DNA of 64,000 bases from Candidatus Methylomirabilota bacterium (lineage in GTDB: Bacteria; Desulfobacterota; Binatia; Bin18), in contig DATLYA010000316.1 in the NCBI GenBank assembly GCA_035575235.1, positions 32,245 through 96,244 on the forward strand, in the 5' to 3' direction. The notes beneath the pieces are model-generated. The model ran no database searches. It had not been told where the DNA came from and saw only the letters and a program-made list of their open reading frames with translations. The translations under genes were made by a program, and so were the position numbers. Shown piece after piece: positions 44,501-54,549 of this stretch. Numbering within the stretch: position 1 is the first letter of the stretch; each line of letters begins with the position of its first letter.

Positions 44501-47500
44501 ATGACGCGTAGCGCACTGAAAAACCCGTATGCTATCGTCGCCATTAGTCTGATCATCATTATCCTTGGCGTGGTGTCCTACCAAAAAATGGTGGTGGACA
44601 TCTTCCCGGAGATCAACGTTCCGGTGGTGGCGGTCGCCACATTCTACAAGGGCATGGGACCGTCTGAAATCGAAGGGGCAATTACCCTTCGGCTGGAGCA
44701 GCTCTACCTGCAAGCCTCATATGTCGACCATATCGAATCGCGCTCTCTCCCGGGCATCAGCCTCATCAAAGTTTACTTTCACCCTGAGTACGACGTGAAC
44801 GCCGGCGTAGCCGAAATCACGAGTCTGACCTACTCGTCCTTGCGATATTTGCCTAAGGGCATGTTTCCGCCCACAATCATTAAGTTCGGCGCGTCGAGTC
44901 TGCCCATCGCGCAACTGACCGTCAGCAGTCCCACTCTCGATGAGAAAGACGTGCGCGACATTGCCTATTTTACGGTCAGACCGCAGCTGGGCACGGTGGC
45001 CGGCGCTGCTCCGCTCCCGCCTGTTGGCGGCACGATCCGGCAAATCACTGTCTTTCTCGATCAGCAGCGCATGCAGGCGCGCGGCGTGTCGGCTGGCGAC
45101 ATTGTCAAAGCTGTGAACGCCGAAAACGTATTGATTCCCGCCGGCGACGTGAATATCGGCGACTTCGACTACAACGTCTTCAGCAATAGCATGATCGGAG
45201 TGGTCAAGGATCTGAATAATATTCCGGTCAAAGTTGTCAACGGAGCGCCGGTGTTCCTGCGCGACGTCGCCACCGCCGCCGATTCCACCTCGGTGCAGAG
45301 TAACGCGGTACGGATCAATGGCCGCCGGGCTGTGTACATTCCCATCCTGAAACAAGCCGGCGCGAACACGATCGCGGTCATCGACGGCGTCAAAGAAGCG
45401 CTGCAGCACCTGACCGGCGTTCCCGAGGACGTGCAGGTGAAGCTCATCTTTGATCAATCCCTCTACATTCGTAATGCAATCCACACCTTGCAGCACGAGA
45501 TGCTCTTAGGAGGCGGGTTGGCGTGTCTGATGATCTTGCTGTTTCTCGGCAGCGTGCGCGCCATGGTGATCGTGGCGCTCGCCATTCCCTTATCCATTGT
45601 GAGCGCCGTGATCCTGCTCTCGTTTACCGGCCAGACCATTAATATTATGACGTTGGGCGGCTTGGCTCTCTCGGTCGGCACTCTGGTCGATAATTCTATT
45701 GTCGTCCTGGAAAATATCCATCGCCACCTGGAAATGGGCAAGCCGTTGCGTGAAGCCGTCGCCGTCGGCGCCTCGGAAGTCGCGCTACCCATGCTGGTGA
45801 TTACGATCAGCATTCTCATTGTGTATCTGCCCATTGCGTTTTTTACTGGCATCATCAAGTTTTTGTTCGTTCCCTTGGCGCTAGCCGTGGTGTACGCCAT
45901 GGGCGCTTCCTACGTCGCCTCATTGACGGTCGCGCCCGTCGCGATTGCGACGTTCGAGTCTGAGACGCCGCATGCCGAGACTACGCCTCCTCAGCGGCCA
46001 ACCGGCTGGGGATGGATCTATGCGATGTGGAATCGCATCAACCTGTTTGAACGGTTGGTTGAACGGTATGTCTTGGCGTTGCGTTGGGGGCTGCGACATC
46101 CCGTGTTCGTGACGCTGGCGATTCTGTTTGTGTGCATCGCTTCACTGTCAATGGCCCCGCAGCTACAGACCGAGTTTTTTCCCAAAGTCGACGCCGGGCA
46201 ATTCATCTTAACGGTGTCCGCGCCGGAAGGAACGCGATTAGAGAAAACCGAGGCGCTCATCGACCGGATCGAGCATGTCATTACCCAATGTATTCCGCCA
46301 GAAGACCTCGATCAAATTCTCTCAGACATGGGCATCCGACGCGGTTGGATCGCCCTCTATTCTCCAAATGCCGGAACGCATGCGGCGGTGATCATGGTCA
46401 ATCTCACTCGCGATCACAAGGAGAGCACGTGGACGTACATTGATCGCATCCGCGCCGATTTACAGCAACGTTTCCCCGGCGTCAAATTCGGATTCCAAAC
46501 CGGCGGGCTGGTCAGCGATGTGTTGAATTTCGGGCTGCCCGCACCCATTGATATCAAGGTCAGTGGGACAGAGATAGGGACCCTGTATCGAACCGCCAGG
46601 CATATTCAACAATTGCTAACCTCCGTTAACAACGTCGTCGATGTACGGGTGAATCAGGGGATGCACACCCCTGAGCTGCACGTCAACGTTGACCGGGCGA
46701 AAGCAGCCTACTTTGGCTTAACGCAGCAACAAGTCATGGCGGATGTGACGACGGCGCTAACGTCGAACCTCAGTTTAGAGCCCAGCTACTGGATCGATCC
46801 GCACAGTCGCAACGCTTACTTCGTGGTCGCCCAATATCCCCAACAGGCGCTCATGAAGATGGAGGATATGCTGAATACTCCGTTAGTCAGCGCAAAAGTC
46901 GGATTACCTGGAAGTATTGTGACGGGAGACGGCCAACTCAGGGGGTCTACATTAGCGCTCAGCAATACGCCGTACACCGGCGCTCCGATCTTACCGTCCG
47001 GTGGACATTTCGCGATCGACGGGCATGCTGGAAGTCCCACCATCCTCTTAAAAGATCTCGTCAGTATTGAGCGAAAAACCGGGCCTGAACAGATTACGCA
47101 TTTTAATTTGCAGCCGACGATTGATGTGCTCGCCAACGTCCAGGGCAATGATTTGGGGCGTGTCGCGCGCGCGATCGAAGAGCGCCTGGCCACTTTGTCG
47201 CTCCCCAAGGGAGTACAGATTTCCCTCCTTGGCGAGGTCAATAGTATGCGGCAGGCGCTGGTGAGTTTCGCCATGACGCTGCCGGTCGCCACGCTGTTAG
47301 TCTATCTTGTCATGGTCGGCCTCTTTCGCTCGTTCCTGGATCCAGTGATTATTCTGTGCGCTGTGCCGCTGGGATTTATTGGCGTCATCTGGATGCTGTT
47401 GTTGACGCACACTTCAGTCAACGTCGAGTCACAGATCGGCGCGCTCATGATGATCGGCATCGTCGTCTCCAACAGCGTGCTCCTCGTGGATTTCGCCAAT

Positions 47501-47776
47501 GGGCTGGTCCGCGACGGCCTGCCGCTGGAGGAAGCGGTCGTACAGGCCGGCCGGCTGCGGATTCGCCCCGTGCTGATGACGGCGCTGGCGACGATTTTGG
47601 GACTTACCCCCATGGCGCTCGGGTTTGGCGAAGGCAGCGAGAGCAATATCCCCTTAGCCCGCGCCGTCATTGGCGGCTTGGCGGTCTCCACATTTATGAC
47701 GCTTCTGTTCGTGCCGATTCTGCATACTTTGCTGCGGAAACGGACACTACGCTCGCAGGTCGCCGCCTCTGTTTAA
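44501..47776 (+). CDS. RND-family efflux transporter permease (AcrB/CzcA superfamily)
   Basis: 1091 aa, 12-TM/2-large-loop organisation. N-terminus ...NPYAIVAISLIIIILGVVSYQKMVVDIFPEINVP... Confidence 0.9.
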   Translation: MTRSALKNPYAIVAISLIIIILGVVSYQKMVVDIFPEINVPVVAVATFYKGMGPSEIEGAITLRLEQLYLQASYVDHIESRSLPGISLIKVYFHPEYDVNAGVAEITSLTYSSLRYLPKGMFPPTIIKFGASSLPIAQLTVSSPTLDEKDVRDIAYFTVRPQLGTVAGAAPLPPVGGTIRQITVFLDQQRMQARGVSAGDIVKAVNAENVLIPAGDVNIGDFDYNVFSNSMIGVVKDLNNIPVKVVNGAPVFLRDVATAADSTSVQSNAVRINGRRAVYIPILKQAGANTIAVIDGVKEALQHLTGVPEDVQVKLIFDQSLYIRNAIHTLQHEMLLGGGLACLMILLFLGSVRAMVIVALAIPLSIVSAVILLSFTGQTINIMTLGGLALSVGTLVDNSIVVLENIHRHLEMGKPLREAVAVGASEVALPMLVITISILIVYLPIAFFTGIIKFLFVPLALAVVYAMGASYVASLTVAPVAIATFESETPHAETTPPQRPTGWGWIYAMWNRINLFERLVERYVLALRWGLRHPVFVTLAILFVCIASLSMAPQLQTEFFPKVDAGQFILTVSAPEGTRLEKTEALIDRIEHVITQCIPPEDLDQILSDMGIRRGWIALYSPNAGTHAAVIMVNLTRDHKESTWTYIDRIRADLQQRFPGVKFGFQTGGLVSDVLNFGLPAPIDIKVSGTEIGTLYRTARHIQQLLTSVNNVVDVRVNQGMHTPELHVNVDRAKAAYFGLTQQQVMADVTTALTSNLSLEPSYWIDPHSRNAYFVVAQYPQQALMKMEDMLNTPLVSAKVGLPGSIVTGDGQLRGSTLALSNTPYTGAPILPSGGHFAIDGHAGSPTILLKDLVSIERKTGPEQITHFNLQPTIDVLANVQGNDLGRVARAIEERLATLSLPKGVQISLLGEVNSMRQALVSFAMTLPVATLLVYLVMVGLFRSFLDPVIILCAVPLGFIGVIWMLLLTHTSVNVESQIGALMMIGIVVSNSVLLVDFANGLVRDGLPLEEAVVQAGRLRIRPVLMTALATILGLTPMALGFGEGSESNIPLARAVIGGLAVSTFMTLLFVPILHTLLRKRTLRSQVAASV

Positions 47777-47805
47777 GCAATCTTATGAGATCGAAGGAGA
47801 CGCGG

Positions 47806-49002
47806 ATGAGAGTGACGAAATCGCTACGCGCGACGAGTGTGATTTTGAGCGCACTGCTCCTTGTGGCGGGCGGTGTGTACTATGTTCCCCCCGGACGGAC
47901 GAGTCAGGAGCCGACGCCGACGCCCTCAATCGCCGTTCACGATGAGCCCGCCCTCTCACCCTCTACCAGCACGGAAACGTCCGCCCACCAGGAACTCTCT
48001 CGCGTCACGGTGCAAGTGACCACGCCGCGACGGCAAACCGTGACGCGCACGACGCGGTTGCCCGGCACCATCGCCCCCTGGTATCAAACCACGCTCTACG
48101 CCAAAGTGCCCGGCTATTTGAAATGGATCGGCTTTGATAAAGGGGATGCAGTGAAAGCCAGGACCGTCCTGGCTACGATCGATGCGCCGGAAGTGCAACA
48201 ACAGTATGAACAGGCGAAAACTGACTACAATATTAAAAAACTCACCTTCGAGCGTCTTTCGCATGTCTGGCGGCGGAACCCCAATGTCATCGCCAAACAG
48301 GACGTCGATGTTGCCGAAGCCGCGGCGCGCGGCGCACAGCATGTGCTCGAACAGCGCGCCGCGTTAGTGGACTACACCAAAGTGCGCGCTCCCTTTTCTG
48401 GCGTCATTACCGCGCGGTTTGTCGATCCTGGCGCGATGATCCAGATTGCCACGAACTCCGAGACTCAGGCTTCGCCACTCTTCACTATCATGGATGTCGC
48501 CAAAGTGCGAGTGTATTGCAACGTGCCGCAAGAAGAGGCCGCGCTGGCGAAACCCGGACGCCCGGTGAACGTCAGACTGCGGCAATATCCGGAACGTGTG
48601 TTCACCGGTACGATCACGCGCACAACCGGCGTGCTTGACGCCGCCACCCGCACGATGTTGACCGAAGCGGACCTGCCAAACCCAGACCGCCTGCTGCAAC
48701 CAGGGTCGTTTGCTGAGGTCGAAATCACGCTTCAGCAACATCCTAACGCTGTAGTTATTCCGCCCGCCGCTCTCCTGACGGAACAGGCCGGACAGGCGGT
48801 GTTCATCGTCGAGGCGGGCCGTGCCAAGAGAGTCCCTGTCAAGACGGGATTGGATGATGGCGTGGGGATTGAAGTCACTCAAGGCTTACAAGGCGGCGAA
48901 CAGATTGTTGTGGTAGGTCAGCAGCACTTACAGGACGGCATGCCCGTCGCCGCCGTCGCCTACAATCTGCCCGAGGGGCAGCTGGCGAGCCAGCGATATT
49001 AA
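47806..49002 (+). CDS. RND efflux periplasmic adaptor (membrane fusion protein)
   Basis: ...VLATIDAPEVQQQYEQAK...VRAPFSGVITARFVDPGAMI... ATG after GAAGGAG. The upstream part of ORF 47356.. overlaps the RND gene. Confidence 0.85.
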   Translation: MRVTKSLRATSVILSALLLVAGGVYYVPPGRTSQEPTPTPSIAVHDEPALSPSTSTETSAHQELSRVTVQVTTPRRQTVTRTTRLPGTIAPWYQTTLYAKVPGYLKWIGFDKGDAVKARTVLATIDAPEVQQQYEQAKTDYNIKKLTFERLSHVWRRNPNVIAKQDVDVAEAAARGAQHVLEQRAALVDYTKVRAPFSGVITARFVDPGAMIQIATNSETQASPLFTIMDVAKVRVYCNVPQEEAALAKPGRPVNVRLRQYPERVFTGTITRTTGVLDAATRTMLTEADLPNPDRLLQPGSFAEVEITLQQHPNAVVIPPAALLTEQAGQAVFIVEAGRAKRVPVKTGLDDGVGIEVTQGLQGGEQIVVVGQQHLQDGMPVAAVAYNLPEGQLASQRY

Positions 49003-49168
49003 CGGCACGCATGCGGCTCAGCCGACAGAAACCCACGGCCAGGGAAGCGGCCGCCCTCATCCCTGGCGTCATGCGGCTGTCATGTTTTTGTTATTGGTGC
49101 GTAACAAACGATCCGTCTCCACCGTGGGAATCATAATCCACAAGTCGCAGAAAGGAGAAGGAGACGGT

Positions 49169-50632
49169 ATGCGTAGCATTTCCCTGCAGGCCACTCTGCT
49201 GGCTGGCATCATAGGCGCGTTTGGGTCGAGACCCGTGGGCGCGCAGGAGCAACACAATCTTCCTCCCGCTGGCGCTGTCCTAGCGCAATCGACAACCACC
49301 GACGCCACGACGCAAAGAGAGATCCGCGCACTCCGGGCGGAAATGGAGCGCTTACAACAGCGTATCGAGCAACTCGAACAGCGGCCATCGGTTGAATCTC
49401 ACGCGACGAGCGCGGCTTCCGCAACCCCCACGCTGGCGACTGCCGTTAGTGGGTGGCCTGATGCGCTCAAACATTTCACATTGTCAACGCTGATCTATGG
49501 TGACTGGAGCTATTATCCTAAAACAGGATGGGGTCCTCAGTTTCTTACGCAGCTCAACCCACCTGGTCCAGGGAACGACCATTTTAACTCATTTGACATC
49601 ACCCGGACGTATATTAATCTCTTGTGGACGCCGAGCGAGCGGTACACTATTCGGCTGACCCCCAATATCTTCCGCGAGGTCGGGACCGTAAGCGCCTTCA
49701 AAAACTCGAGCCGATCGAGTGTAGGGAGTAACATCAATGGAAACCTCACGTTCCGGCTCAAATATGGCTGGTTCCAAATCAATGACATATTGTATGAAGG
49801 GCAACACATCAGGGTCGGACAGCTCGAGAATCCACTGATTCCCTGGGAAGAAGATTTGTACGGCTTCCGCTTTGTGAATCTTGTCCCGCTCAACTTCTTC
49901 GCATATGCGTCCACCGATCTCGGGGTCGCCGCCCTGGGACCCATCAGGCTAGGTCAAACCAAGTACGGCAACTACTGGTTCGGGCTGTACAATGGTTCCT
50001 CGTTCCACGCGGCGGAGTTTAATGAGAAACGCTCCCCACAAGGCCGTGTTACTCTCTACCCCTTCGCCAGGGTTCCTGAGCTGGCTGGCTTCGGTCTGAC
50101 AAGTTTTGGGAGTTACGGCTACACCAATGTCGCCCCGGATACGCGAGAGCGGGTTATCCGGCGACTCGCGGCTTTGGTGCATTACAACAGCGAACATGGT
50201 GGTTTGGCGTTCGAGTTTGATGACACCCTGAATAACAACAACGTGGCGAACTTCTTTTCCGGGTCGGGGCCGCTTGATCAAATTCCAGACCCGGCGGCGC
50301 CAGGCAAGACCGTCCCTACTCCGACGTTGCAACTGTACACCAGCATTCTGAACCCCAAAGCGATCGCACGCGGCTACTCGCTATTCGGCCATTGGGATAT
50401 CCCCAAGACGCCGTTTACTCTCTTCGGCATGTGGACTCGGTGGTATCCCAATATCCATTTCCCCCACAATCCCCTGGATAGTGATCGGATCGTGTTTGGC
50501 GCAGCGTATCGCGCTAATTCGTGGCTGCGGGTTGCGCTCGATACGCAGAATTTTCTCTATTTGCATCATGGTCCAAGCAGACAGCAAGACATCCACGCTG
50601 TCTTTGCGAACTTTGAAATTAACTATCAGTGA
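49169..50632 (+). CDS. Outer-membrane porin-like beta-barrel with N-terminal coiled coil (OprO/OprP-like architecture)
   Basis: Signal peptide, REIRALRAEMERLQQRIEQLEQR coil, then aromatic-rich alternating strands ending FANFEINYQ. Confidence 0.55.
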   Translation: MRSISLQATLLAGIIGAFGSRPVGAQEQHNLPPAGAVLAQSTTTDATTQREIRALRAEMERLQQRIEQLEQRPSVESHATSAASATPTLATAVSGWPDALKHFTLSTLIYGDWSYYPKTGWGPQFLTQLNPPGPGNDHFNSFDITRTYINLLWTPSERYTIRLTPNIFREVGTVSAFKNSSRSSVGSNINGNLTFRLKYGWFQINDILYEGQHIRVGQLENPLIPWEEDLYGFRFVNLVPLNFFAYASTDLGVAALGPIRLGQTKYGNYWFGLYNGSSFHAAEFNEKRSPQGRVTLYPFARVPELAGFGLTSFGSYGYTNVAPDTRERVIRRLAALVHYNSEHGGLAFEFDDTLNNNNVANFFSGSGPLDQIPDPAAPGKTVPTPTLQLYTSILNPKAIARGYSLFGHWDIPKTPFTLFGMWTRWYPNIHFPHNPLDSDRIVFGAAYRANSWLRVALDTQNFLYLHHGPSRQQDIHAVFANFEINYQ

Positions 50633-50637
50633 AAAAC

Positions 50638-51057
50638 ATGATGAAGGTTCTTGTGGCGGTCGACGCCTCTGAGACCGCCCGGTACGCCGTGCAATTTCTC
50701 TCCCAGCTTCGTCCCGCATGGCAAGTTATTGTACTGCATGTCATCGATGTGGAGGCGCGTACACATCCTCACCTCTCGGGCGGCCTGTTGCAGGCCTATC
50801 ACACGCAGCTCACCCGGCAGCTCCATCAGGAAGCGAGCCGACTCCTCTCGCACGTGGAGCGGCAGCTCCGCGACAGCCTGCAACAGCTTGAAGTCGTGAT
50901 CCGGGAGGGAAGAGCGGCGGAGGTGATTCTAACGGAAGCACAGACGCGTCAGGTCGATCTCATCATACTTGGGAACCGCGGGCTCAGCACGATTCCAGCG
51001 CTCTTGTTAGGGAGCGTCTCGTATCGTGTGAGCCACCGTGCGCCGTGCTGCTCGTAA
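50638..51057 (+). CDS. Universal stress protein domain (first half of a probable tandem USP)
   Basis: MMKVLVAVDASE..., ...DLIILGNRG...LLGSVSYRVSHRAPC. Ends abruptly where the USP C-terminal PVLLV motif is expected. Confidence 0.65.
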   Translation: MMKVLVAVDASETARYAVQFLSQLRPAWQVIVLHVIDVEARTHPHLSGGLLQAYHTQLTRQLHQEASRLLSHVERQLRDSLQQLEVVIREGRAAEVILTEAQTRQVDLIILGNRGLSTIPALLLGSVSYRVSHRAPCCS

Positions 51058-51539
51058 AGCGCCCCTTGGAAACACTGCGCGCCATGCTCATCGGGGTAGA
51101 CCGTTCCATCGAAGCGCGGACGGCCGCCGCCTTTGCTGGGGACAGTGGATTGATCGGCCTGGCCGAGCGGACGATCATCGCGACGGTGACTCCTGCCGCC
51201 TCATTTCTGGATTTTGAAGACGTAGACGCTGACCGCCGAGGGCGGGATGACGCCGCATCCTTTGTCCGAGGGCTACAGCAAGCGCTCAGCCATCAGGGGA
51301 GTCGCATCGAAGGGCTTGTACTCCATGGAGAGCCCGCGGCTGCCTTACTTGCCCTGGCCCAACAAGAAACAGCTGATCTGATTATCGTCGGCGCCCGCGG
51401 ACGAACGAGAATGCAACGCCTGCTTTTGGGGAGCGTCTCGCAAAAAGTGATGATGCATGCGGCGTGCGCCGTGCTCACCGTCCGGTCTCCAGGGTGGAGA
51501 AATAAGAAAAACCACTTAGAGAATACGCCGATCTTCTAA
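51045..51539 (+). CDS. Universal stress protein domain (second half of a probable tandem USP)
   Basis: GTG start inside the previous ORF. VLLVKRP...MLIGVDRS..., ...DLIIVGARG...LLGSVSQKVMMHAACAVLTV. Confidence 0.65.
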   Translation: MLLVKRPLETLRAMLIGVDRSIEARTAAAFAGDSGLIGLAERTIIATVTPAASFLDFEDVDADRRGRDDAASFVRGLQQALSHQGSRIEGLVLHGEPAAALLALAQQETADLIIVGARGRTRMQRLLLGSVSQKVMMHAACAVLTVRSPGWRNKKNHLENTPIF

Positions 51540-51566
51540 TTCTTACGACACGAGAGGACTCGTCCC

Positions 51567-52904
51567 ATGCGATGGACATTCAGGGACACTCTAGTCATTA
51601 GCTGGCTGTTGTTTGCTGCTCCCGTATGGGCGCAAAGCCAAGGGACGCCAACCAATCCGGGCGCGACGCTCAGTCTGAAAGAGGCGATCACGCTCGCGCT
51701 GGCGAAACACCCAGTGATTGCCATGGCGACGCACGCCTTGCGCGCCGGCGAGGCGCGAGTCGGTCAAGCGCGCGCGCCGTACTATCCGCAGATCGGAGCC
51801 TCTTCCATTGAGACCTTCGGCTCGTTGCGCGCCAACGCCTATCTGCGTCCATCCGGTTCGCTCATTCAACCCAATCAGAGTGATTTTACGGCAGGACTCA
51901 CCGCGAGCCAGCTCATCACCGATTTTGGCCAAACGCGCTATCGCCTTGAAGCCGCCCGGTTGGCGGCGCAAGCACTGGGCGAGGATGTCCTTGTCCAGAA
52001 AGCGCTGGTCACCTTGAACGTGCAGAAAGCCTACTATGAAGCGCTGAAACGCCAGCGTCTGGTCGACATTGCCGAAAAAACCGTGCAGGAACGCGAGCTC
52101 ATCAAACAGCAAGTCGAGTCACTGTTTCGTCAGCAACTCAAAGCCAAACTCGATCTCGACCTGGTGCAGGTTGAGCTGTCCAATGCCGGCGTCTCCCTCA
52201 TCCAGGCGCGGAATAATCTTCAGGCGAGCTTCGCGGCGCTGCACAACGCCATCGGGTTGACCGGTCCCGCCGCCTATACCCTGCAAGAACCTCCGTCCAT
52301 CGGAGAAGAGCGCCGATCGCTTGATCGTCTGCTCGAGATCGGCGTGGAGAACCGCCCCGAGATGACGGCCATCCGCGAGCGCATCAGCGCCGCGGAGCAG
52401 CGCGTCAAGGCCGCCTACCGCCAGAACTTCCCAACGATTCAGGCGGTAGGAAGCGCGGGGGATACGGAACAGCTTGCCGGCCGCCCCAAGGTGCGGGAAG
52501 GCGGCTGGTGGGGAGCAGGGGTGGTGGTCAGTGTCCCACTGTTTACCGGGTTTCTCATTCAGCATCAGGTGGAAGAGGCCAATGCGCAACTCCAAGAAGC
52601 GCAAGCGAACGCCCGGAATCTCGCCCAAGCAGTCCAATTAGAGATTACTAACGCCTATCTGAATGTCCAGACGTTGGTGCAGCAGGCCAAGGCGTTGGAG
52701 GAAGTTGTCAACCAGACCAAGGAAGCCTTGCAATTAGCCCAAGAACGCTATCGCCTGGGCCTCAGCTCCGTCGTCGAAGTGACTCAAGGAGAGGTCGCCC
52801 TAACCACAGCCGAGACCAATCTTGCCGAGGCGCAATACAATTATAAGGCTGGTGAGGCGCTGTTGTCTTATGCGGTCGGGGAGGAAGCGTGGAGGTCCTT
52901 CTGA
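51567..52904 (+). CDS. TolC-family outer-membrane efflux protein
   Basis: Signal peptide, LSLKEAITLALAKHP start, and two-fold repeat coiled-coil/beta pattern. Confidence 0.85.
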   Translation: MRWTFRDTLVISWLLFAAPVWAQSQGTPTNPGATLSLKEAITLALAKHPVIAMATHALRAGEARVGQARAPYYPQIGASSIETFGSLRANAYLRPSGSLIQPNQSDFTAGLTASQLITDFGQTRYRLEAARLAAQALGEDVLVQKALVTLNVQKAYYEALKRQRLVDIAEKTVQERELIKQQVESLFRQQLKAKLDLDLVQVELSNAGVSLIQARNNLQASFAALHNAIGLTGPAAYTLQEPPSIGEERRSLDRLLEIGVENRPEMTAIRERISAAEQRVKAAYRQNFPTIQAVGSAGDTEQLAGRPKVREGGWWGAGVVVSVPLFTGFLIQHQVEEANAQLQEAQANARNLAQAVQLEITNAYLNVQTLVQQAKALEEVVNQTKEALQLAQERYRLGLSSVVEVTQGEVALTTAETNLAEAQYNYKAGEALLSYAVGEEAWRSF

Positions 52905-52953
52905 ACAAAACCTACGACAACTCGTGGAATGGGCCATCGCGCCTCGCCGTCCT

Positions 52954-52984
52954 CCATGCACCAGAGAAGCTCCCTGGTGCATGG
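52954..52984. terminator. Hairpin between convergent genes (candidate bidirectional terminator)
   Basis: ccatgcaccag-agaagctcc-ctggtgcatgg (11-bp stem), flanked by cctcc/ggagg. Confidence 0.45.
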
Positions 52985-53024
52985 CTGTGGAGGTCATCTC
53001 AAGACAGGGGCTGCTCCGACGCTA

Positions 53025-54515
53025 TCACAGTTTGAGCCACACACTCTTGACTTGCGTATACAGTTCCAGCGCGTGGACGCCCAGTTCGCGCCCAAAGCCG
53101 CTCTGCTTGTACCCGCCAAACGGTGAGATGGGATCAAGCTGATTGTAGCAGTTCACCCATACCGTGCCTGCGCGCAACGCACGGGCGAGGCGATGCGCCT
53201 TGGAGACATCGCGTGTCCACACTCCGGCGGCGAGACCATAGATGGTGTTATTCGCCTGGCGGATCACATCAGCCTCATCTTTGAACGGAATGGCCGCCAC
53301 GACCGGCCCAAAAATCTCTTCCTGCGCGACCCGCATTGAATTGTTGACGTTTGTCAATACGGTAGGCTTGACGAAATAGCCCCTCCCGAGCGCTCGATTC
53401 GCCTCCCCACCAACCTTGACCTGCGCGCCTTCCTGCTTGCCGATATCGATGTAGCCCAACACGCGCTCATATTGTTCCTGCGATACTAACGGACCAAGAC
53501 GGGAGTCTTTATCCAGCCCAGGCCCTTGCTTCAGTGAAGCTGCGGACGATGCGAGCGTATCGGTGAATTGATCGTAGATTTTCTGCTCGACAAACAAGCG
53601 CGAGCCGGCGCAGCACACTTGTCCCTGGTTAAAGAAGATGCCCATGAACGCGCCTGCGGCCGCGGCATCCTGATCCGCATCAAGAAACACGATGTTGGGA
53701 GACTTGCCGCCGAGTTCAAGGGAGACGCGTTTAAGGTTCCCGGCGGACGCCTTGAGAATTTCTTTTCCTACTTCCGTCGAGCCCGTAAACGCAATCTTAT
53801 CAACCTGCGGATGGTTGGCCAGCGCAGCGCCCGCCGTAGGGCCAAAGCCCGGCACGATATTGACCACGCCTGCAGGTACGCCAGCCTCCAGCAATAACTC
53901 CCCGAGCCGCAGTGCAGTGAGCGGCGTCTGTTCGGCGGGTTTGAGGATGACGGTATTCCCGCACGCCAAGGCCGGCGCGAGCTTCCACGCCGCCATCAGC
54001 AACGGGAAATTCCACGGAATAATTTGTCCACATACGCCCACCGGCTCCCGCAGCGTGTAGTTGAAGAAGGCCGGATCCGACGGGTTCGTCTCCCCGTAAA
54101 TCTTGGTCGGCCACCCGGCATAGTAGCGAAAAGTCTCTGCTGCACCGGGAATATCTACATGCCGCGATTCAAAGATAGTCTTGCCATTATCCAAGGTCTC
54201 CAACTGCGCTAACTCCTCGCTGTGTTGATCAATCAGATCAGCAATCCGTAACAACACTTTGGTGCGCTCGGAGGGCTTCATCTGTGGCCAGGGCCCTTCA
54301 TCAAATGCTTTGCGAGCAGCCTCGACCGCGCGGTTGATGTCTTCCGCATCACCTTCCGCCACGAGAGCCAGGGTTTCTGCCGTCGCGGGATTTACAGTCG
54401 CGAACGTTTTTCCCGAGGCGGCGTCTACCCACTTCCCGCCGATCAGCATCTTTTTACTGCTCGGCGTAATAAAATCGCGGACCGCTTCCGGTAGAGCTTG
54501 TGATACTTGACCCAT
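53025..54515 (-). CDS. NAD(P)+-dependent aldehyde dehydrogenase
   Basis: VSLELGGKSP and FFNQGQVCCAGSR (catalytic Cys). ATG at 54515 after GAGGAGG. Confidence 0.9.
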   Translation of the reverse strand: MGQVSQALPEAVRDFITPSSKKMLIGGKWVDAASGKTFATVNPATAETLALVAEGDAEDINRAVEAARKAFDEGPWPQMKPSERTKVLLRIADLIDQHSEELAQLETLDNGKTIFESRHVDIPGAAETFRYYAGWPTKIYGETNPSDPAFFNYTLREPVGVCGQIIPWNFPLLMAAWKLAPALACGNTVILKPAEQTPLTALRLGELLLEAGVPAGVVNIVPGFGPTAGAALANHPQVDKIAFTGSTEVGKEILKASAGNLKRVSLELGGKSPNIVFLDADQDAAAAGAFMGIFFNQGQVCCAGSRLFVEQKIYDQFTDTLASSAASLKQGPGLDKDSRLGPLVSQEQYERVLGYIDIGKQEGAQVKVGGEANRALGRGYFVKPTVLTNVNNSMRVAQEEIFGPVVAAIPFKDEADVIRQANNTIYGLAAGVWTRDVSKAHRLARALRAGTVWVNCYNQLDPISPFGGYKQSGFGRELGVHALELYTQVKSVWLKL

Positions 54516-54549
54516 ATGAATACCTCCTCTCAATATTCAGTCGCTAATG

